Shown here: one piece after another, positions 45,901 through 55,330 of the stretch
How the letters are laid out: each line of letters opens with the position of its first letter
How positions within the stretch are numbered: the stretch's first letter is position 1
Sequence record: PV191315.1
Strand: one strand, 5' to 3'
DNA length: 64,000 bases
From: Escherichia phage vB_EcoM-P3322
Translations under genes and position numbers: made by a program
Notes under the pieces: generated by a model
The model's database searches: none
Seen by the model: only the letters and a program-made list of their open reading frames with translations
What the model was told of the DNA's origin: nothing

Positions 45901-45990
45901 AATAACGTCATGGAGTTGGTTAGATGAGAAAATAACCAGGTCTACGCCCTGTTCGAGAGACGTTGCTGGATATGTTGGGAATGTTGCCAT
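42937..45990 (-). CDS. large tailspike-like protein (1017 aa)
   Basis: Very long beta-rich protein with many N-x-T/S and Gly-rich turns; possible depolymerase, enzymatic motif not confirmed. Confidence 0.45.
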   Translation of the reverse strand: MATFPTYPATSLEQGVDLVIFSSNQLHDVINGSATESIETESGLIPTLRKALVDNFFFKSPLDWAQGTNETVFNQLRYFQNGVLSGYYYAPNATLVNPIPMQGTPVGDNNWVLWGLKTEQLATEVTPWVYSGATGYETVISPPYIFDSAIVTINGVIQVLGEAFRIEDSKIILSEPLGHDPATGLPNKLFAYIGKIVASADTDPNLENRLVSLETKTEELTESMDKVPLQTIARKYGLLDDEVAYATAGQSLTGIKALYDPVAQSSYTLPPNITGTLTSLSVSGVMTYSGGSVDLSALAVERGQFVHLPTSFGNNVTLTAKNQTIGRGAGRYRWAGSLPKSILASDTLETSGGLGPNAWVLTNTEGLLTPRGGTYNDLFDVVYLSEFANNTTTYTTPEAAFQAALLAAKASKSKILDAYGCDMTFTTSSFDIQDITLRGGVFRGQRDYRVQNATVEGTTFRNSRVMYWGGAVRMFDCLWDGAPRPGQVGSLVFQGNPISGTFEIDNCTFKNGLYGILQQGTGEPVTRGVFRNLTFMDMQGDAIELNVINKHYDDGCVIENIYLSNIDGTNAPIPLSNWGIGIGVAGKGPYGYGIPDDQYCKNITIRNVFAKRCRQIVHVEVGRNISIENIHGDPDQTVSVGTGLATGAVVMYGSKDFTIDGVYGEPKTDGSTLASNIRMIYLEWGTNAVLDEEGNPVVPAQGRPSNPCFNYSVRNIHTKTGRVFAGVSAGPGYENRVSFENIRCAALQLFGIASWLSMSNITCNIFDCVGQPESGPGTFYDGFFRREKSVLEMVNVNCYPDGKTMVTGRPQWSRCRYSDIHRVNCNVEANMYTNIAGGIGAIVGTTGKVYYLEPNPSRNIDGMHFPTGKEFDKGDMIVKADNTFFLVTTSGAYIPDIPAFGIRATQAGDTFLTQNLTPNGTATNASWLYHYPLSAGTRIRIPGAGVGGADLDTVITRAPYQDNDTWTNPVKIDIADPIVTPTSAGVRIKTIPNDSSNVSVGNTAVIRPTPVVDVPTT

Positions 45991-45993
45991 TAA

Positions 45994-46329
45994 TTACCCC
46001 TTATTCTGTGTACGTTTAACTATGTCATCTAGCATCATTTGGATAGTCGCATTCTTGAGGTCCATAATCTTTTCAATTTTTTGCTCAAGGGTGTTGTTAT
46101 TTGCCATTAATGTAGAGTTAATTTGATTTAGCATCTGGGTAAGTTCGGCTTTAGTTGCGTAAGTTGATTCAACAAAGACCAACTTCTTCTCTAGCTCTCG
46201 ACTTTTCTCCTCCATTTCCTCAAGATCAGAGCCGAATTTATCCATTTTTTGTTTGAAAAAGAACCAGATGACTCCGATTAAAGGGATTATTGCATCCTTT
46301 GCAAGTCCCCATGCTTCTTGAAATTCCAT
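45994..46329 (-). CDS. small protein with N-terminal TM helix and coiled coil
   Basis: Track ORF 111 aa; IIPLIGVIWFFF then heptad-rich charged region. Confidence 0.45.
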   Translation of the reverse strand: MEFQEAWGLAKDAIIPLIGVIWFFFKQKMDKFGSDLEEMEEKSRELEKKLVFVESTYATKAELTQMLNQINSTLMANNNTLEQKIEKIMDLKNATIQMMLDDIVKRTQNKG

Positions 46330-46338
46330 AATGATCCC

Positions 46339-46884
46339 TTATTCCGTTGGTAATGTAGGCCAATCTATAGTGTAAGGATAGTCTTTTTGAAGCGGAACAC
46401 GGTTTAGTTTAACCACATAAACTTGAAGATTTTTAAGATAAGCTAATTCATCTTCAGTAGCCATTTCTAAATCTTTAGCATACTGTAAAGGTGTTATAAG
46501 TGCTACCGCTGTTTCTTGTAAAGAGCGAATTTTTGCACTAACTTGTGTCATCAACTCTTCACGGGAATACTCTTTATCCTTAAGAGTCAAAGTTTCTAAA
46601 TCCAGAACCTTGTTTCTAATATCCTCAAAAGTGTCTATATTAAAGTCCACTTGTGCTATAGAAAGATCTTCAGGGCAAAGTAATGTAGGATCAGTGTTCC
46701 AAAACACAATACGATTTTGATCGTCAAAAACGACTTTCATTTTATCGTTATTGAATTCTGTGCTACGTAAATCATACCAATCGTAACCTTGATCGCAACG
46801 AAGAAAAAGAATGTTCTCTACTTCTACCAATTCTTTTAGTTCGGGATCTTCGGGAATATATCTTTTAAAATTTGTAAATATCAT
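46339..46884 (-). CDS. tail fibre assembly/chaperone-like protein (tentative)
   Basis: 181 aa immediately after a fibre gene; call by position only. Confidence 0.3.
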   Translation of the reverse strand: MIFTNFKRYIPEDPELKELVEVENILFLRCDQGYDWYDLRSTEFNNDKMKVVFDDQNRIVFWNTDPTLLCPEDLSIAQVDFNIDTFEDIRNKVLDLETLTLKDKEYSREELMTQVSAKIRSLQETAVALITPLQYAKDLEMATEDELAYLKNLQVYVVKLNRVPLQKDYPYTIDWPTLPTE

Positions 46885-47946
46885 TTAGCCTCCGATATCG
46901 TACCAGTTTCCGTTAACGTTGCGCTGGAGGCGTTTGAAATAAACCCCACCGATGTTATCCGCAGAACTACGTCCTGTTTCCTGTACAATAATACCAGAAA
47001 GAACATAACCAGAAGAACAGATATAAGTCCAAGAAACCTCGTTCCCTGGTGGATAATACACACCTTGGCTAGTATAACGAATATCTCTTACAAAGGTTCC
47101 GTTAGCATAATTGTAGTTGTTTGTAATCTGACTTTGATGATTACTTTCTACATTGTTTATACGGGAAGAGAGGTTGCTGTTAACACTATTCAGGTTGTTT
47201 TGAACAGTGTTAATATTCGTCTGCAATGTGTTCTGAAGAGAAGTCAAACGAGAATTCAGATAATCTAAGCGAACTAAAGCATTTCCGTTAGAAGTATCTT
47301 GTCCACTGTTTGATCTTGGACTGTCTATTAGAACATAACCTGCATCATATAAACGAACACCTGCTGATACACTACCTGTGCTAGGATTTCTACGATAGAT
47401 GTAAAGCTGACCTCCGCTTTGATACTCGGCAGAAATCTCACCATTTGTTTGTCCTGCAAAGTTTTTGAAGAACAGTGTTGCAGGATCTGTTGTGGAAGTA
47501 CCGTTAACATAAACATCACCACCATAAATAGCACCACCCGCATCACGTTTTACCAACACGTTTGGTGTTACTGTTGAACTAGTAGCATCTGTAATGTTTG
47601 CTGACAAGTGATTATGACTGTTATCTTGAACTTGGATAGATAAAGTAACTTCTTTGTTACCGTTCCAAGTGGCCTCACCAGTAGCATCACCCGCCATTGT
47701 AATCTTAGTTCCCACTAAAGGCAAGTAGGTATTAGGTAAAGTTGGAAGAAAATCATCCACCAAATAGCGAATCCATAAACCGATATTATTAAGAATCCAG
47801 TTCATCTCTTCGCAAGTCATGATTTGACCATAATCCATACCAATTGTGCGGATGGTTTCTTTAGGTCTAATTTTGTTTGTGTTTAAAGTTCCTGGGAGCG
47901 TTACAGTTTGTGTAGCCCAGTCAGGATAATATATTGGCTTCGCCAT
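46885..47946 (-). CDS. tail fibre protein
   Basis: 353 aa; Asn/Ser/Thr/Gly-rich with repetitive N..N..S tracts; follows baseplate-like genes. Confidence 0.4.
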   Translation of the reverse strand: MAKPIYYPDWATQTVTLPGTLNTNKIRPKETIRTIGMDYGQIMTCEEMNWILNNIGLWIRYLVDDFLPTLPNTYLPLVGTKITMAGDATGEATWNGNKEVTLSIQVQDNSHNHLSANITDATSSTVTPNVLVKRDAGGAIYGGDVYVNGTSTTDPATLFFKNFAGQTNGEISAEYQSGGQLYIYRRNPSTGSVSAGVRLYDAGYVLIDSPRSNSGQDTSNGNALVRLDYLNSRLTSLQNTLQTNINTVQNNLNSVNSNLSSRINNVESNHQSQITNNYNYANGTFVRDIRYTSQGVYYPPGNEVSWTYICSSGYVLSGIIVQETGRSSADNIGGVYFKRLQRNVNGNWYDIGG

Positions 47947-47955
47947 TTAAACTCC

Positions 47956-48585
47956 TTAATCTATTTGCTTGAGAAGCGTACACATGCGTCCTGTTTCATC
48001 CCCAGTAGATTCCATGTACAGGGAACCTAAACCACCAATACCATGAGGCGGTTTGGTAGCATAATAAGAACTAAAACCAAAAGCTGATCCTGCTTTTGCT
48101 CCAAGACGGTAGCTACTAATAATAGGGAAAACACTTAGCAACTGCTCTAAAGCTTGATCAGATTGAAGACACAGGTTGTAGAAAAACACATCAAAGGTTT
48201 TATTCAAACCTACGTAAGTATTAAGCGTTTCACGTTCTGTTCCTGTGAAACGGGCGAAGATATCAATTATGTCACCACGAGTCCCCGACGAGGCTACGCG
48301 GTAAGCCCTGATTTTTAATATTGTTCTATACTCTTCATCATCAGAGCCATTACGTTCGATCCCCATTTCTTCTCCTAAGATATCTAGGTATTTGCCTGTG
48401 GCTGTGGAGATCAAGCGGTGTTTAGCAAGATAGATCATTGCCTGATCTATCTTTTGCTTTTCACTGGATACGATGTAGAGGAGCTTGACAATGTTAGGAG
48501 AAGATTTAAAATCTTCAATCAGAAGGTTTTTAACGTCTTCATTGATACTGGCCCAAGTTGTTACATGGTCAACACTCACTGCCAT
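47956..48585 (-). CDS. baseplate protein, gpI/YmfQ-like (tentative)
   Basis: 209 aa; YLDILGEEMGIERNGSDDEEYRTILK resembles the family signature. Confidence 0.35.
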   Translation of the reverse strand: MAVSVDHVTTWASINEDVKNLLIEDFKSSPNIVKLLYIVSSEKQKIDQAMIYLAKHRLISTATGKYLDILGEEMGIERNGSDDEEYRTILKIRAYRVASSGTRGDIIDIFARFTGTERETLNTYVGLNKTFDVFFYNLCLQSDQALEQLLSVFPIISSYRLGAKAGSAFGFSSYYATKPPHGIGGLGSLYMESTGDETGRMCTLLKQID

Positions 48586-48587
48586 TT

Positions 48588-50075
48588 TTACACTCCATAC
48601 TCGTAAGAAATGTTATCAAGGTCAAAAGAAGGGACAACATTATAAGCAGGAACTATATTATTCTCTGTATATTTACTGTCATCCTCAGTATTAAGTTTAA
48701 CATAAACACGAAGAGAAGTCAAGCGTCCAAAAGCAAGTGCTGCATAAATAACACCTTTGATTTGATCGTTCGTTACTGAAGAACCTAACTCAAAGTAAGC
48801 TTGTAGGTTTTGTAGAGCTTCTACGATGTTTTGTTTTTCTGTTCCACTTAAAGTTGTTCCGTTGACAGTTTGATAAACAAGTTTTACGGAATACATAGCA
48901 GAAGCACCAGGAGAGAAGCGAATAATTTCTTGTCCTCCGTCTTCTGTTGTAACTGTTATGTTAGTTGTTCCGTGTGTCAAAGTGTTGATTGGCTTGGTTT
49001 TATAGATAACATTTGCAATTTCTTCTGCACTGCCACCATAAACTATAGTCTGGAAAGTCATAGCTGGAGCATGTTCTTGATCATGTAATGTAGGGTTATC
49101 ATAAATCTTCACCTTAGTAACACCATCTGTAAGTAGCAGAGCTTTCACAATAGCTGCTCGTGTCCCTGCGTTAGCTTCGTCAACGTTGTCATTGAAACGA
49201 GAGCGGAATTCTGCGTCTGTCTCAACATCTCGACCAGGGGAAAATGAATAGAAGTTACCACTATCAAGATAACCTGTAAAGGTAGAAGATATCCCTGTAA
49301 TAGACTCCACACCAACAGGATTGTATCCTTTCTCTGCTGCAACTACCGGAATCTCACTCCACTTGGTTCCAACCGGAACACTAGCATAAAATTTAATAGG
49401 AGTTACCAGCCCCACTGGAGTATCACTGGTTAAAGAAGTAAAACCAATTGATAAGTTACCTGAATCAGAAAATACAAGACTACGATCAGCTTCTGTTAAA
49501 TTCGCCTTGATAAAAGTTTCAAGATCGGTTATAAATGTAGAAGAACCAGGTGCAAGTGTTTTACTGTTTAGTCCTCCATCCACCGCACTTTGTGCATAAA
49601 AAGTAATATTTGGAACACCTGTAGCAGTTGCATTAGCACGAGAGATTTGATAAGCTGCAATCTTAGCATTCAACATAGTTGGTGTGCTAACATAGTAGTT
49701 CATATCACTATCAGAGTTGAAGTAAATATCCGTGCCTAACTCATAAGTCCAAGCTGCTTTGTTATTACTCTTAACATATGCATAACCTGTACTTGCTGCT
49801 GCCCCTGCTCGATAGAAACCGCGTTTAGAAAAGATTTCGTCAAGATAAATACCTTCTGCACCATCCAGTGTTTGAGTATTATAAACACCTTGCATACCTT
49901 CCCACAATGTGTAATCTGTGTATGCAATTATTCTAAACAGTTGCCCGATCACAGTATCTTCCGAAGTGGCTGCATCTGCACCAAATGTGTTTTTTACTGC
50001 TGTCATGTAGTTGTTTAAAACATCGTCAAAAGTCGGGATTACAAATCCCGCATCTGTCAAACCATATTCGTCCAT
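48588..50075 (-). CDS. baseplate J-like protein (tentative)
   Basis: 495 aa directly upstream of gpI-like gene; N-terminal region of the J type. Confidence 0.35.
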   Translation of the reverse strand: MDEYGLTDAGFVIPTFDDVLNNYMTAVKNTFGADAATSEDTVIGQLFRIIAYTDYTLWEGMQGVYNTQTLDGAEGIYLDEIFSKRGFYRAGAAASTGYAYVKSNNKAAWTYELGTDIYFNSDSDMNYYVSTPTMLNAKIAAYQISRANATATGVPNITFYAQSAVDGGLNSKTLAPGSSTFITDLETFIKANLTEADRSLVFSDSGNLSIGFTSLTSDTPVGLVTPIKFYASVPVGTKWSEIPVVAAEKGYNPVGVESITGISSTFTGYLDSGNFYSFSPGRDVETDAEFRSRFNDNVDEANAGTRAAIVKALLLTDGVTKVKIYDNPTLHDQEHAPAMTFQTIVYGGSAEEIANVIYKTKPINTLTHGTTNITVTTEDGGQEIIRFSPGASAMYSVKLVYQTVNGTTLSGTEKQNIVEALQNLQAYFELGSSVTNDQIKGVIYAALAFGRLTSLRVYVKLNTEDDSKYTENNIVPAYNVVPSFDLDNISYEYGV

Positions 50076-50317
50076 TAGTCATCCTCTTTGGTAGATTGTG
50101 ATCTGCCCCAACGTAAATCAATAAGATTTTTCATGAGGCGAGAAGGGGTTATCATGAAAACAAAAGCCCAACCCATCCATTCAGGAATTTCTTTTTCTAT
50201 TCCTAAAAAGATAAACATGCCTGTCATAACCGACATGCCTACAGCGTTCCAGACTTTCGTAGAACTGACTTTATTATCAGGATATGTACAGAACATACCT
50301 ATTAAAAATTTTCTCAT
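50075..50317 (-). CDS. small membrane protein (2 predicted TM), holin-like topology
   Basis: 80 aa; hydrophobic segments MSVMTGMFIFLGI and WMGWAFVFMI; charged C-terminus. Confidence 0.4.
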   Translation of the reverse strand: MRKFLIGMFCTYPDNKVSSTKVWNAVGMSVMTGMFIFLGIEKEIPEWMGWAFVFMITPSRLMKNLIDLRWGRSQSTKEDD

Positions 50318-50622
50318 AGTGCGTTCTCATTACTTTTTAAATCACGATATACAGCTAATTCCCCAAGGTCTACAAAACCCGCTGAATGCACAAGTACAGC
50401 AGCACTAAGACTAATGGCAGTAGTACCTGGGGCAATATCAGCAGGTAGGGAATACGCCCTTTGCGTCTCCTTATCATAGATAACCTTATACCCACCCAAA
50501 TCCACACCTACTGAGAAGTAAACAACCTCAGATTGTTTAACTCCAAAGTGACGGGCTACTGCTTGTTTATTGGTTAAGATTCCGGTTGAACCTTTACCAC
50601 CTTGGGAGAACATTTCGTTCAT
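50314..50622 (-). CDS. hypothetical protein
   Basis: Track ORF 102 aa; SD AAGAGG; preceded by leader hairpin. Confidence 0.5.
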   Translation of the reverse strand: MNEMFSQGGKGSTGILTNKQAVARHFGVKQSEVVYFSVGVDLGGYKVIYDKETQRAYSLPADIAPGTTAISLSAAVLVHSAGFVDLGELAVYRDLKSNENAL

Positions 50623-50644
50623 AACAACCTCTTTGTTTTTCTAA

Positions 50645-50670
50645 GTAAGCCCCTCCAAAGAGGGGCTTAC
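50645..50670 (-). promoter_or_regulatory. 5' leader stem-loop (11-bp stem) just upstream of RBS of 50314..50622
   Basis: GTAAGCCCCTC-CAAA-GAGGGGCTTAC inverted repeat; no U-tract; same position relative to RBS as the TerC leader hairpin. Confidence 0.3.
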
Positions 50671-50849
50671 AGTGGTAGTGACAACACTTTGAGTTAGTAC
50701 GATAGTAACTAAAGACAAGATTAACCCTGCTACGATATGTTTTCATCATTTTATCACATGGCGATGATATGCGCTTGCAGGACATAGCTTGTGTGGATTG
50801 TGCTGAATGCAATTTTGGCCTATTGTCATCAGTAAGAAAGCATTCATTC

Positions 50850-50873
50850 CCCCGCCGAAGCGGGGTTTTTGTT
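50850..50873 (-). terminator. hairpin terminator after 50872..53160 (A-tract/hairpin/T-tract, possibly bidirectional)
   Basis: CCCCGC-CGAA-GCGGGG stem; T5 on plus side, A-run on the other; related stem at 62283-62298. Confidence 0.4.
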
Positions 50874-53160
50874 ATATAACTGAAGTAACAACACCATTGA
50901 TTGTTGCTTTTATCTGTGCAGTTGGATGAGGTCTAACATTAATGGTGCCTCTATTACTTGATGCCCCAATAAATACATCATACCCTGAAGTTGCGTTGAA
51001 ATCCGAGAACAGGCTAACCGGGCTTGCATTCTGAGTGGCAGGCACAGCAGATGAGGTTCCACAACGCTTCAGGATACCTGGTGTTGCTAAGGATGATGCA
51101 GCATCGCGACGGCAAGTAACGTCAAGATCAAATGTGTATCCATCAAATCCGTATTGTGTTGAATCCTGATAAAGTTTCATTACTTCTACTGTTGAACCTC
51201 CGGCAGAAGAGTTATGGTTGAGTCCTGTGAACTTCATTCTGGTAAATCGATTGTCCTGCACAACTGTATCGAATGTCTTTTCAATTTTAAGACTGCTTAA
51301 ACCGTATACACCGTTCAGAAGTATAGGGTTCTGGACACGCGTACTCATGCTTATATCAATAGTCGGCGCGTTATACAGGTCAATCCTGTCACCAATGGAA
51401 CCTGAACGATCTTTGATATTTACGGCAATAGAAAATGTAGCATCATTATTATCAATTTTTATTGTCGATCTCTTATCTACCTCTATTGTCATAGATGGAG
51501 ATGACTCTGCTACTGAAGTTCCTGTTATTGTCAAAGAACGTGGATATTTAGTTACATATATTTTTGCTTCTTCGCTATAGTTTCCCGCCACAAAGGTTGC
51601 CTGGCTGTCTCCTATGCGTATTTCACCAGTTTCAACAGTTGCAGCAATGACAGACGTTCCAATAATCGGAACCTCTACTTTAGTTCCGGAAGGGAAATCA
51701 GATGTCATTGCTCGATCAAGAGTAATGACGTTTCCCGATATTGCTGTAATTCTTCGAGTCTCAACACCGCCAGTCGAGTTTGTAAAAGCAATCTCAAACC
51801 AGGTATCAAAACCAGAGGCATCTGCAACAGTAACAGTGTTGTCATTGATAGATGCTGGCGATGTCAGTGTGGTGCTCATACCCTCAATAGACAAAGTACA
51901 TTGGGCTTTGTCACTACTACCAATGTAACCCATCAACTTGATGGAGTTATTACGAACTCGAACACCGTACTTAGTTCTGGTGGAGCCGTTTTTTGTTCCC
52001 TGTGAGTGTCCATACCAATACATAACAAGATGTAAAAGATCGTAGTTGCTGATACGGTGATCAATTGATTTATTACGAACAGTAGCATAAGGCGCAGTAT
52101 AGATAGCTCTGGCTGCTGCGCTGGCACCATTATTAGAAATGTTTCCATTTACGGTGAAACCTTCAACTGTTTGGTGCCAGTGGAGACGATCTCTGCTCCT
52201 GTCACGCGGATCAATTCCGACATGGTGCAGTGAAATGTCAGATGACGTTGACATGATTATTGTTGCGTCATTTCCGGCACCGGAAAAAGTAAATCCTCGA
52301 CGATCAACATCAAGGTTGATTGTATTTGATAGATAGCTTCCGGAAGGGAATGATAACTTAGATATTATACTGTTAGCCCTTGCAACCCTGTTTGCTTCAT
52401 CTATAGCAACTGAGTTTTCATCTGCGTCTGCACCGCCAAAACCAAATTCATCATACCCCATGCTCTCTCTTACAATTAAGTTGGCATTAAACCCGCCCGC
52501 TATTGGGATTGAGTATGTATCATCATTTTGTGTTGTTGATATTAACCATTCTGACTCAGATCTTATTCCATGTTTGTTTTTATATGTTTTTACAATCATC
52601 CCTTCGCTGAATGTGGCACCATCCCCTGATGGCAGAATTCCAGATATTAACTCTGAAACGCTATTAAATATTATAGTTGTGTTTTTATTAACCCACAATC
52701 TCAAAGAAGCATCGCCAACACTAACCCACGCACTAGGACCAACGCCACCAGTTGATGTAGGGGTTGATTTAGGTGGTACATCTTTAGGGAAACCAGACCC
52801 CCATGTGTAGCACTGAGCACCCGCTATGTACCAGACAGCATCAGTTACACTGCCCACTGTAGCCCCTTCTTCAAAACTACCATCAACAAGAGTTAACCCA
52901 GCCTCGGCAAGACTACGACGCCACTGTTCACGATCATTAAGAAGATTGTTATTCAACTCTTCCTGAACAGTATTACCATTTGAAGATTGTATGAAATCTG
53001 CTCCATCTGTATCTTTCAACTGGGTGGCTAAAACCACCCCAGTGTCAGTAAGAAAGTTGGAAACTGTGCTTTTAACAGTCTTATCAGGTTGGTCTAAAAC
53101 CAGGTAATCAGAATCATTAACTTTTGATGTTTCGGGTAAATTAGTAATTGTAGTTGACAT
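50872..53160 (-). CDS. tail fibre/tailspike-like protein (762 aa)
   Basis: Large beta-rich Ser/Thr/Asn/Gly-rich protein in the tail module. Confidence 0.4.
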   Translation of the reverse strand: MSTTITNLPETSKVNDSDYLVLDQPDKTVKSTVSNFLTDTGVVLATQLKDTDGADFIQSSNGNTVQEELNNNLLNDREQWRRSLAEAGLTLVDGSFEEGATVGSVTDAVWYIAGAQCYTWGSGFPKDVPPKSTPTSTGGVGPSAWVSVGDASLRLWVNKNTTIIFNSVSELISGILPSGDGATFSEGMIVKTYKNKHGIRSESEWLISTTQNDDTYSIPIAGGFNANLIVRESMGYDEFGFGGADADENSVAIDEANRVARANSIISKLSFPSGSYLSNTINLDVDRRGFTFSGAGNDATIIMSTSSDISLHHVGIDPRDRSRDRLHWHQTVEGFTVNGNISNNGASAAARAIYTAPYATVRNKSIDHRISNYDLLHLVMYWYGHSQGTKNGSTRTKYGVRVRNNSIKLMGYIGSSDKAQCTLSIEGMSTTLTSPASINDNTVTVADASGFDTWFEIAFTNSTGGVETRRITAISGNVITLDRAMTSDFPSGTKVEVPIIGTSVIAATVETGEIRIGDSQATFVAGNYSEEAKIYVTKYPRSLTITGTSVAESSPSMTIEVDKRSTIKIDNNDATFSIAVNIKDRSGSIGDRIDLYNAPTIDISMSTRVQNPILLNGVYGLSSLKIEKTFDTVVQDNRFTRMKFTGLNHNSSAGGSTVEVMKLYQDSTQYGFDGYTFDLDVTCRRDAASSLATPGILKRCGTSSAVPATQNASPVSLFSDFNATSGYDVFIGASSNRGTINVRPHPTAQIKATINGVVTSVI

Positions 53161-53168
53161 TTTTACTC

Positions 53169-55322
53169 CTATATATAAAATTTTTGTGTTGTTACTAAAT
53201 CTTCTCCAGATTTAGTAGCTAATGTAATTCCACTTATGGTAGCAATCTCAACATTTGCTTGTTTAAGAGTGATATCTTGCAAATAACAATTCAAAGGCAC
53301 ATTACCCATATAGAAAACTTGGGATTGAGAATTAACTACCGTGATGGAATCATGCATTATTTGAGGATAGGCCCATATATATTGTGTAAGCCCATTGAAC
53401 TTATTGGCGTTCAACACTATATTACCTATAATCATTTTCCAAAGATACGTGCGGTAGTTTGATTCAGGATCGAAGCCATACAAAGGTGCAAGAGTAGCAT
53501 CTGGAACAAAACCCGAAAGATAGTGAATATCAGAATATTCAAAACCTAATTTTTCATGTGGTATGGTAATTGCATCGAATGCTTTCATCATTTTACCTTC
53601 CAGAAGCCAGTCGTAACACTCTGAACAGTAAAAATCAAAAGTTTCAGGAATGTAGTAATCAGACGGAAAGTTAACTTTCTCCATCAAACCGTTGCCAATA
53701 ATTGACGGTAAGAACGGAAGCAATGTTACTTTAGCTCCTGGATAAGTTGCTCTAGTGTCTGTTGCAAACTTTGTAACTCTTAATCCTAGTTTACGAGACA
53801 AAAATGCATAGTATTCGTCAAACGGTGTTCCTGTTTTATAATTATCTATTGTTCCTGCATCTTGTGCAAATAAGCCTGTTTCTGTATTGAATGCTAGTTT
53901 GGTAGTGTAATCATATATACAAGGCATTTTACTTGCTGTATTATACCACCACCAAGGTTCACCAATTTGAATGACGACTGGAATATTGTTAGTTTGAGAA
54001 ATAGATGCTATTTTGTTAATAACATTTTGCAAATATTCCATACCTTCATCAATAGTTGGAGACAACACGTAACTAGGAGGCTTATACCCTGTTGCTGCAA
54101 GAGCATCGTTCCAATCATGCTGGACCCATTCAACAGGACAAACTGTGCTCATCAACTCAAAACTCAAAGAGTTCATTATTGTGTAGCCATTTTCATTAGC
54201 TATAGAATGGAAACTGTTAAGCCAAGCTTCTGTAGCCGGATTCAGGAAAACAGATCTATTTAAAGCCCAAGATGTTCCGTTCCATGAGAACTCATAATAG
54301 TGAGACATTCCGTTGTAATGGTTAATCATTCCACGATAACCTAGTGCATATGTATTATAAATAACTCTCTCTGGAGTCAGGTTATACATATCATCATAAG
54401 ATGTGCACATGCGAATATCATGTTCAGGCTGGACAAGGTTGCTGACTTTCATCATACTGTAACCAGAAGTAGGTTCAAGAAGAGTGAAAGTAAACCAAGC
54501 CTCTTGACTGGCAATAGGTACAATCTCTTCTATTTCTTCATACCTTGCTGTAATCAAAGAGAAGAAAATATTATCTACAGCATTCATATCCAAAGGAATA
54601 TCATTATTAGGGCCAGAAAAGATATTACCAAAATCTAACTTTATTGTGGCTGTTTTACCATCTTCTGAAATATCTGAAGCGTAGAATCCTAAACTGACAT
54701 AATGAACACTTTTATCCAGGAGAGTTACAGTCAAAGTCGGCACCAAAGGTTCTTCTTTAAAACCTGGCATGTTTTGACTAATTTCCATTTTAAACCAAAG
54801 TTTCTCTGAACTTAAATCTGTGTGAGGCAAATACCCAACACCTTTATGGTCATATTTGTCAACTGTGCTCCAGATAACCCCTGCCAAACCTGCTGTTGTT
54901 CTGTTTACAAATCTTGCAGTAAAAGAGTCTCCATGAGATACAATAGAACAACTTTCCGTTGCTTGAGAATCTATTGTCCAATACATAGGAGAGAACATTT
55001 TAACGTCTTTTGTAGTCCAAGTTATTGGAGTAGTGTTTTCTTGGATAGTAGTTATAATACAATTGATGGTTGTTTCAACCATCATGTTATTTTGACTAAT
55101 CCCTGAAACTTGGAGGGAGAAGTTAAGATCTATTGAGTTCTTTGGTCGTTCAAATACTTCAACCACAATAGTAGCAGAATCAGCATCATCAGGGAACACA
55201 AGTGTTCCCGATTTTGCAATATAATCTCTACCAGCGACTGCTGTTCCGTCAACAGTCGTGTAGTTAAATGAACTCGCATTTACTCTCTTGTCTCGCGTGA
55301 CAGTAAATATAGCTTGTTTCAT
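53169..55322 (-). CDS. large virion structural protein (717 aa)
   Basis: Track ORF with strong coding continuity in structural operon; no motif recognised. Confidence 0.45.
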   Translation of the reverse strand: MKQAIFTVTRDKRVNASSFNYTTVDGTAVAGRDYIAKSGTLVFPDDADSATIVVEVFERPKNSIDLNFSLQVSGISQNNMMVETTINCIITTIQENTTPITWTTKDVKMFSPMYWTIDSQATESCSIVSHGDSFTARFVNRTTAGLAGVIWSTVDKYDHKGVGYLPHTDLSSEKLWFKMEISQNMPGFKEEPLVPTLTVTLLDKSVHYVSLGFYASDISEDGKTATIKLDFGNIFSGPNNDIPLDMNAVDNIFFSLITARYEEIEEIVPIASQEAWFTFTLLEPTSGYSMMKVSNLVQPEHDIRMCTSYDDMYNLTPERVIYNTYALGYRGMINHYNGMSHYYEFSWNGTSWALNRSVFLNPATEAWLNSFHSIANENGYTIMNSLSFELMSTVCPVEWVQHDWNDALAATGYKPPSYVLSPTIDEGMEYLQNVINKIASISQTNNIPVVIQIGEPWWWYNTASKMPCIYDYTTKLAFNTETGLFAQDAGTIDNYKTGTPFDEYYAFLSRKLGLRVTKFATDTRATYPGAKVTLLPFLPSIIGNGLMEKVNFPSDYYIPETFDFYCSECYDWLLEGKMMKAFDAITIPHEKLGFEYSDIHYLSGFVPDATLAPLYGFDPESNYRTYLWKMIIGNIVLNANKFNGLTQYIWAYPQIMHDSITVVNSQSQVFYMGNVPLNCYLQDITLKQANVEIATISGITLATKSGEDLVTTQKFYI

Positions 55323-55330
55323 TTTACCCC

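Noticed and set aside
50594-50812. 72-aa minus-strand ORF in the tail-module non-coding island
   Set aside because: No RBS, overlaps the SD and start of 50314..50622, Cys/Arg/Ser-rich random-looking product; region more likely regulatory RNA.
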